Source of the DNA: Tubulanus polymorphus
Taxonomy: Eukaryota > Animalia > Nemertea
Length of the DNA: 64,000 nt
NCBI RefSeq assembly: GCF_964204645.1
Contig: NC_134026.1
Span: 767,950-831,949 of the forward strand
Direction: 5' to 3'
Both the position numbers and the translations under genes were made by a program. Shown here one piece after another: positions 56,901 to 64,000 of the stretch (the first letter of the stretch is position 1; each line of letters starts with the position of its first letter). Under the pieces are notes generated by a model. It had not been told where the DNA came from, did no database searches, and was given only the letters and a program-made list of their open reading frames with translations.

Positions 56901-58940
56901 ATTTTTTTGTCATTTTCACCGTTTAAATTTGTCTAATTTTTTAAAGTTTATTGTAGTTTTTCTCGAGTATGTCTGAAATCGAAGTACATAATTGGGAAAT
57001 TCGATTCCGGTTCATTCAAACTATCTTCCAATCAGTCTGAAACGGCAAGCTGAAGAAAAGAGCAGAACCTTTTGAGCAGAAAATCCTTTGGAATATCACT
57101 GATCATAATTATCATGTCAATTCATATATAAGATCAGCAACGTGGATCGATACGTAGATTTTAATAATAGTCTTAAATGATGTTTATGAAATTCAACTCA
57201 TATAGTAATTCATCTATATTCTAAATATCTAAGCAATGGTTGATTATTATAGTTTAACAGCAATTCAACTAAAGCATCTATAGACATCTCTAGGAATACC
57301 AGAGTTACAACAAATTTAGTAATGCATAATCAATCTTATCAAATCGTTTTTGAACTGTTTTCTCTTCTATCTTCTTGAAATTCTTGATGTGTCTTTTATT
57401 GAAACCCAGGCCAATCATACAGTGCAAACCTGCTAGTAATATTCTGCAAAGCCTTAAAGATTCAATAAATCCCACGCACAAGAGACAGAGTTAAAACATA
57501 CCCAGTATTCTTTATCTATCAATCAATATTAAATTATACAGTTGTCTTATCAACCCCTATGGTTTAGATTTGAGCACTTTTACCTTATATGAAGATGCTG
57601 AATTAGATGCCTAATCAATAAGTTAATTGATAATGTCCTAGCTATAATTGAAATTGTCTCGGACAATATCTTATATGGGGCTTGAAATTTCTACACGAGA
57701 AGAATTTCAGATCCGGTACAAATTTGAATTAATCACTATTTGAACTGCTAATTTTGCATCAGAGCTTTTGATACCTAGCTTAATTAACCCAGAATCCCCC
57801 AAAACCTAACTGATTCAACAGATCCCACACACACACGTGGCCCAGTTAGACGCAGATGACATTGCGCGATACAGTCGTCTCATCCACTGTGCAATTTTGA
57901 ATAAGTTTCACTTATATTCATTACATTGAATTAATTCTAATCAAATTCTAGGTATCTAAGCGAACCATTAATTAGTAATCATACTAGCTATATTTTAATT
58001 GTCAGTCGAACAATATTTATATGGAGCCTGAAAATCTACATGAGTAGAATTTCAGATAAGGTGAATTCGTCACTATTTGAATTCATCAGAAATTTAAGAT
58101 AAAAAGGCGTATTTTTAGTGGTAAATTAGAAATTCCCTTAGCCGAATGGCTATATAATCTTTATTTCCCTTTTACAGTACACTGTGTATAAGGATCGAAA
58201 GACCTTGTTATGACTGGACCTCCCTGGTGCAGTGCGAGTCATGATGCTGGAATATAGATTGAAGGAGAGGGGTTAGTAAAAGATAGCTATTAGCAAGAGG
58301 AATAAGACCTAAGTTTAGGATATCCTGTCAGAATAAGGCTCTCAATCTGACATACACAGTGAAATTGAAATATTCTCCCTTCCAAATTGAGGAATGTATT
58401 TGTGCACAGATTTGTTTTATCTCCCTTCGATCGGAAGTAAATCTGCGTTAAATGATTTTGGCAATATGTGTCAAAACTAATACAGCTATATGAAGACACA
58501 ATAGGTTCACTAGATACAGATAAATAAATGTGCTCAGATACACATGTATCAGCTTTAAATGTCCATGGACCTGAATTAAAAATATTTTCACATAACAAAT
58601 GAATTTACCTTAATTGTAGATATCTAAGTAATACGTTAATGAGTAATTCAAGCTATATTCTAATTGTCAGTTAAACGATATCTACTATGCGTCACTTGAC
58701 ACACAGTAATGCTTTTAGATATTATTTGAATCAGTTAGGTTTCGGTAAATTTTGGCAATATTGAAGAGCATGACCAGTCGCCGTAAGTACGGCAGTTTAA
58801 GATGCAAGTACTGATCAGTCGATGAGACTAATTCAGATGTGCTCATACATATATCAGCTATATTTAAATTGTCAGTTTAACGACATGGACCTGTAATACA
58901 TATAGTTTTTGATCTTACATGAAATATTGATTGTGGAATC

Positions 58941-59666
58941 TTAATTATGGATATCTAAGCCATTTGTTAATGAGCAATTTGTCCTAGCTATATATATACA
59001 TGATAATTGTCAGTTAATCAATAATCATAGCGCAAAACAAGGCACAGAGTATGGCTCTGGGGAATGATTTGAATCAATTTAAGCTTTGTTTCATTCTAGA
59101 TTTGTCAAAGTGCTGAGACGTAATCATAGTTTCTAAAAGATGCACAGTCCATAGTTTTTTCCCCATATTACACCAGATCTCGATAGAGCCCTAGACACTA
59201 TTTTATACATCTTTCTGCGGAGAAATTCATTAATGCAATGGGTAAAGCAGCACATAATATATACTGTAAAGTGCCTGAATGTTTATAAATGTATCAATAT
59301 ACTATTCGTAAAAAAATCTATTAACTGATGATAAAGTTTAATTGATATATATCTTTACAAATAAAGCCAGCCTAAATGTATACGGGGCCCTAAAATATCT
59401 ACACCAAAAAAATTTCTCATCAAACATTATAAGATATTGAATGATTGCTAATATCTAAGCGATTGGTTGATTAGTAAATTGTCCTATCTCTATATCTTGA
59501 TTGTCAGTTAAACAATAGTCATATGAGGCCTGAAATATCTACGGTACACTCGAAAAATTTCAAATGTCACATACGATAATGAATTTATCTTAATTGTACA
59601 TACTTAAAAAAATCTGAATTAATAACTGACCAATCTTCATTTTAATTATCAGCCAAAGTAGGCCTA
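58941..59666 (+). repeat. ~720 bp direct repeat, copy 2
   Basis: Matches 50648-51369. Confidence 0.95.
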
Positions 59667-59682
59667 TATTTATTTTTATTTT

Positions 59683-59685
<3 letters not shown>

Positions 59686-59743
<58 letters not shown>
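59686..59743. repeat. (TA)n microsatellite
   Basis: Read directly. Confidence 0.98.
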
Positions 59744-59744
<1 letters not shown>

Positions 59745-60354
59745 GTGGCCTTTATTTTAAGGGACCTCACTCATTGATTTCGTCTAATAGTGTAAATATT
59801 TAAGCAATCATTGCCCTAGTTATATTTCATTTTACTATATACAATATACCAGCCACAGAGCCTCAATAAAGTAGTGCGGAGATGCCGAGCTTGACCAGCG
59901 TCTCTATCCTTTCCAGTGCCTATGCATTTTGCTTCAGGTATGAAAAATCAACTTAGCTTTATGTCCCGGATTGTATGCATTCCTGTTGCTTATGCAGAAT
60001 GAGGTCAATACTGCCAGGTTCGGTTGCGGCAGGTCTTTCGGTGGTTGATTTATTCAAGGTGGAGTCTTTTGTGGTCACTTCTGGTGGGTAGATTTTAGGT
60101 TGATATCAAGCTGGGCATTTCCAGATTACGTTTAGCTGAAATGAGCAAAAGAATGATATTCTGTAGTTACACAATCCTTTCTGTATCATCCATCGTAATT
60201 TACATGTGTATCAACTTAACTTTCAATATTGCTGAGTTCAGTGTTCTTTTTTCGCCATCTTCTGTAGTCGCCTTCTACCATCTTCTTCTTCTTCTTGGGA
60301 GTCCTGAAATGAAAAAAAAGAGAAGAGCGATGAAAACCTGGTACGGAACAAAAC

Positions 60355-60510
60355 TAATGTTCGAAAGCTTTACAGCTCTCCGTCGCCGGTCACATGCCCA
60401 GAACACCAGACAAAGAGCCAGCCAGGAATATACTGCCCTCTACACGCCCTCACACAGAACGCGAAAACCAGGATGACGACGCCTCACATTCCCCATCTAA
60501 CTGCAGGATG
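60355..60510 (+). mobile_element. RTE-like LINE 3' fragment
   Basis: AGHMPRTPDKEPARN and ALYTPSHRTRKPG; homologous to the inverted fragment at 60960-61130. Confidence 0.6.
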
Positions 60511-60604
60511 TACTGGGCGACGTCAGTAACTGACACACCTGTAAAATTGCACGAAACACAAATAGTGCAGTACAACCAGCTTGACCGGGTTGAGATTCAG
60601 GATC

Positions 60605-60890
60605 TCAACTAGCACCCAAAAGCGTGACAAGAGACTTCATCCACTGACCGAGGTTGTCACAAGGACACAATGAAACTAGCACTCACAAGCCGACGAGAGA
60701 CTTCATCCACTGACCGAGGTTATCACAAGGACACAATGAAAACTAGCACTCAAACTAGAAATCAAAGAGCGTGACAGTAGAATCATCCCTCAGCCAACTC
60801 AGAATACCAGAAACAAAGAGCGTGACAGTAGAATCATCCCTCATCCGGGTGGTCACAAGGACACAATGGATGCTAGTAGCGTGACAATCC
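60605..60890. repeat. Degenerate ~55-65 bp tandem repeats
   Basis: actagcac..ca..agc..gac.agagacttcatccactgaccgaggtt.tcacaaggacacaatg x2 and caaagagcgtgacagtagaatcatccctca x2. Confidence 0.8.
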
Positions 60891-60959
60891 AGTATAACCA
60901 CTCCATTTGTATCCCGCGCAATCCCACAGATATGCCCGTCATTGACATCACTCAGCACA

Positions 60960-61130
60960 CTTTGTAGATAGGTGGGGGCAGTGAGGCCTCGTCATCCTAG
61001 TTTGCGTGTTCCGTATGAGGGCGTGTAGAGGGCAGAATTTCCTGACCGACTCTTTGTCTGACATCCTCGACACATGACCGGCGAAGGAGAGCTGACGCTT
61101 TCGGACATTAGTTTCGTTCCAGCAAACGTT
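60960..61130 (-). mobile_element. RTE-like LINE 3' fragment
   Basis: NVRKRQLSFAGHVSRMSDKESVRKF then ALYTPSYGTRKLG, matching the RxRxLxW/FxGHVxRM...RxxGRP C-terminus of RTE-clade ORFs. Confidence 0.7.
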
Positions 61131-63249
61131 GAAATTCGACAGAGAAATCGGCCCTGAAAAATAAAACGGGTTAGAACCTGCAAAAAAGAACGGATTAATA
61201 AACACAGAACAGTACAGGACAGCACAGAGACACACAGTAATACACAAAACATAAAGACGTCGTTCCTCAGGAAGCAGGAACAGGAGCAGGAGCGGGAGCG
61301 CAGCGAAAATCGCCAGGAGGAGAATCCACGGTAGCATGTTCACAGTGTGAGTGTGCAGAGGTGAATGGTCTATGCTTGTGTACACCGTGGTCAGCCGGTG
61401 ACGTATTCAATAGCGCGTGTCAGAATGATATCAACAACTCTGAAAACCCGCAATTGTGTCTCTATTGTTGAATGGGTTTACATTATGAGGTTCCACCGCC
61501 GGGTTGAATACGCGCCAGTAGTCAGCTGAACAATATAGTGGAGGAACTTTAATAAGGCCATGAAATAAATTACTTGATTCCCAACAGCTACTTCCGAATT
61601 TATAAGCATCCGCCTGTTTTTTTTTCTTAAATTCTAGAATGATTTATAAATTATACCGACCGATAGCACTTCCAGTTAAAGATTCACACCAACACAGGTC
61701 TTCATATCATAGAAACCGCGTAAACATTTTTACTAATGAAATTAGTTTATTAGTCACGGACAGTTCATGCACACCGAGATAACTACCTCACATGCACGAG
61801 GAAAGCGGTCTATTTGAGTCATTGGGGAAAAACCCACTAATACCATGTATTCACGGTTATTCATCATTCATACTGTTATCACAGAATCCCATCAATAGAC
61901 AGATTTTCATTAAAAAAACTCCTCGATTCAATTGAGGGGAGATATATGAGGCATTTTTAATTACTTGGAGCACCGATCCTCTGAAATTCTGCCAAAAACT
62001 TCATGCTTACCACTCATAATTAAAAAAAAAACAAATTGTTTTCTTTAATTTTGATACTCAACTGGAGATTAAACGGACGGTACATCATCATGTAAATTTA
62101 GGAAAGTCCATATTAGAATTTCGTTTCTTGATGTTCCTATTTACTCTTATCCCAATTTTTGATTTTGGTCAGAGTATGGCGGTATCAAATCATGCGTACA
62201 GGGTCAGTCTGTCCATGAGGATACTAGTTGTGATAAGTCAGACAAGTCATGATTAGGCATTGATGCAATTCACTAAGTAAAAAACTGCCACCTGCCACTT
62301 TTTTCCACATTAAGTGTTAAATTTTGCTTAAGCCTACAAAAATCACGTCATCATTGATGCCGGTCCTCTGATAGAAGAAAAATAAACTCAACAAAAAAAA
62401 CCATTCAGTAAATGATAATGATAATATTGAGTTTATTAATTACAATGCAATAAAAGTGGTTATTTTCAATTTGCCTCGCACAAATTCATACGCTCGCTGT
62501 TGTAATGAGGTCACATTTCTCTGGTGAAATTAATCCCTTAAGTTCCTAATCTTTGTTTCTTGGTGAAATAATGTACGTTGCATATTGACCCTCGCCATCA
62601 ATGACTCTTGCCTTTCTTTCCTGCCACCTGAAATAATAAAAAGAAAGTATTTCTTAGTGGTTAATTATTGATGTCGAAAAGTCTGTAAAACATTCTTTGA
62701 ATTTAGAAAATTATACAGCGGAACCTCGTTGCAACGAACGAGGCACTGCAGGGCACTGATTTGTAAAGATCTACAATAAATTTTTTTTAGTGTTAAAATG
62801 AATGTGTTTATTCAAAAGAAGAGTTGACGCACAAATGAGATCCGGGATAAGCCCGCAGTTATATGTTAGTTCACAGAAATCTGCTAATACTTATCACACG
62901 GAATATTGTATCTTCCTGAGTCTCTCTCGATCCGGTGATTTGCCGATTTGAAGGTGCACTCACATTTTTATCGAAAAACTGATATAAAATGGTCAAAACT
63001 GAAAGAGAAACTGGAACTCATAGGGAATTTTAAAATTCGGGGGCAGTATTCCTTTCAGCCGTTTGGAACAAGTCGTAAAATTCATGTGCTTATCTTATTT
63101 GATTAGAGTTACACTGACTGAATCTGATTTGACAAGATAAATTCGCCTATAGTGTCATGCCTGTCCCATTCAATAGGCCTAATTGAAGATAGAGACCGGT
63201 AACCTTTTACAGAAGCAGCTTCATGCCAACCAGTTTAGGCGCTTGATTA

Positions 63250-63398
63250 AATTGACAAAACAGAACGGTATTTGAACTTAAGTAATTTTTACAGAATTCG
63301 GTAAGTAATTTACAGTCAAAAATGAAATGTAGTTCGTTGCCTAAAACGTTACAGGTGGGACATAATCTATCGGTTCTCGGTAGATGGAGATTTGACAA
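63250..63398 (-). mobile_element. LINE ORF2 C-terminal Cys/His-motif remnant
   Basis: PRTDRLCPTCNVLGNELHFIFDCKLLTEF fits the CxxC..E.H....C motif at LINE 3' ends. Confidence 0.75.
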
Positions 63399-63606
63399 TT
63401 TATTTACCGGTAAGAGATAAGACCCAATCCCGAACTGGAATAAACTGGTCTTTACTGTCTGGTGCTGCCCCTACGTATTACGATAGCGGGAAAAACGTGA
63501 ACTAACTTATTACTCGCTTGCCAAAGTCTTCGAACGGCTGTACTGGATAAACTATTTACCGATTTGCGAGAATTCTAGTACCACTGAACCACCGATGCAG
63601 ACTTGC

Positions 63607-63666
63607 TACGATTACGATTACGATTACGATTACGATTACGATTACGATTACGATTACGATTACGAT
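63607..63666. repeat. (TACGAT)10 hexanucleotide microsatellite
   Basis: Read directly. Confidence 0.98.
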
Positions 63667-63721
63667 TTTATTTACACTCCAACCATTTCCATGGTATATG
63701 GAGGAAAACTATTACACATAT

Positions 63722-63979
63722 CAGGGTCCGATCTAAGGAATGAAAGCCACTTGCCCAGGGGGCAAAGATATCTGAAATTTCGCTTGCCCCTCCAAAAGCT
63801 ACTTGCCCTACTACACAGCCAGTCCGATTGGTGGCACTATAATCCGTTGTATCGAGTGGGAAAAAGCTTTGTGACATAAGATTGCACTAGCCCGGGGGAC
63901 AAGTAATAATGATAACCTACTTGCCCTGATGAGAATATATCTTGTCCCGGGCAATTGGACGTGCTTAGATCGGACCCTG
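63722..63979. mobile_element. 258 bp hAT-like MITE
   Basis: Perfect 16-bp TIRs CAGGGTCCGATCTAAG...CTTAGATCGGACCCTG with repeated internal CTTGCCC motifs. TSD not clean. Confidence 0.85.
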
Positions 63980-64000
63980 CAATATATACAAATATTTACA

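Noticed and set aside
50648-59666. LTR retrotransposon bounded by the 720-bp repeats
   Set aside because: No TG..CA ends, PBS, PPT, TSD or gag/pol remnants; the interior holds LINE scraps and satellites.
60948-61385. 145-aa membrane-protein ORF
   Set aside because: The C-terminal half is a frameshifted RTE remnant and the hydrophobic part comes from a CT-rich low-complexity tract.
63595-63879. ORF with a YD repeat
   Set aside because: Artefact of the (TACGAT)n microsatellite running into a MITE.

Overview
Eukaryotic (metazoan invertebrate-like) AT-rich genomic DNA with short GT-AG introns; not prokaryotic. Positions 1-43.5 kb form a compact gene block in strictly alternating orientation: the 5' end of an unidentified minus-strand gene running off the left edge, ULK1/2 (Atg1, +), ACAD10-like HAD-kinase-ACAD fusion (-), FBXO21 (+), tektin-1 (-), mitochondrial citrate carrier SLC25A1 (+) and a membrane-anchored copine/vWA-only gene (-). 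Positions 44-64 kb are gene-poor and repeat-rich: MITEs, LINE remnants, satellites and a ~720 bp direct duplication. The most striking structure is a 1.95 kb higher-order array (48707-50652). In it, a ~75 bp tRNA-like (A-box/B-box) monomer is interleaved with four copies of a 178 bp near-perfect hairpin, whose ends carry a motif also found near three gene starts. All exon structures were read and translated by hand; no database searches were run, so orthology calls rest on recognised motifs.
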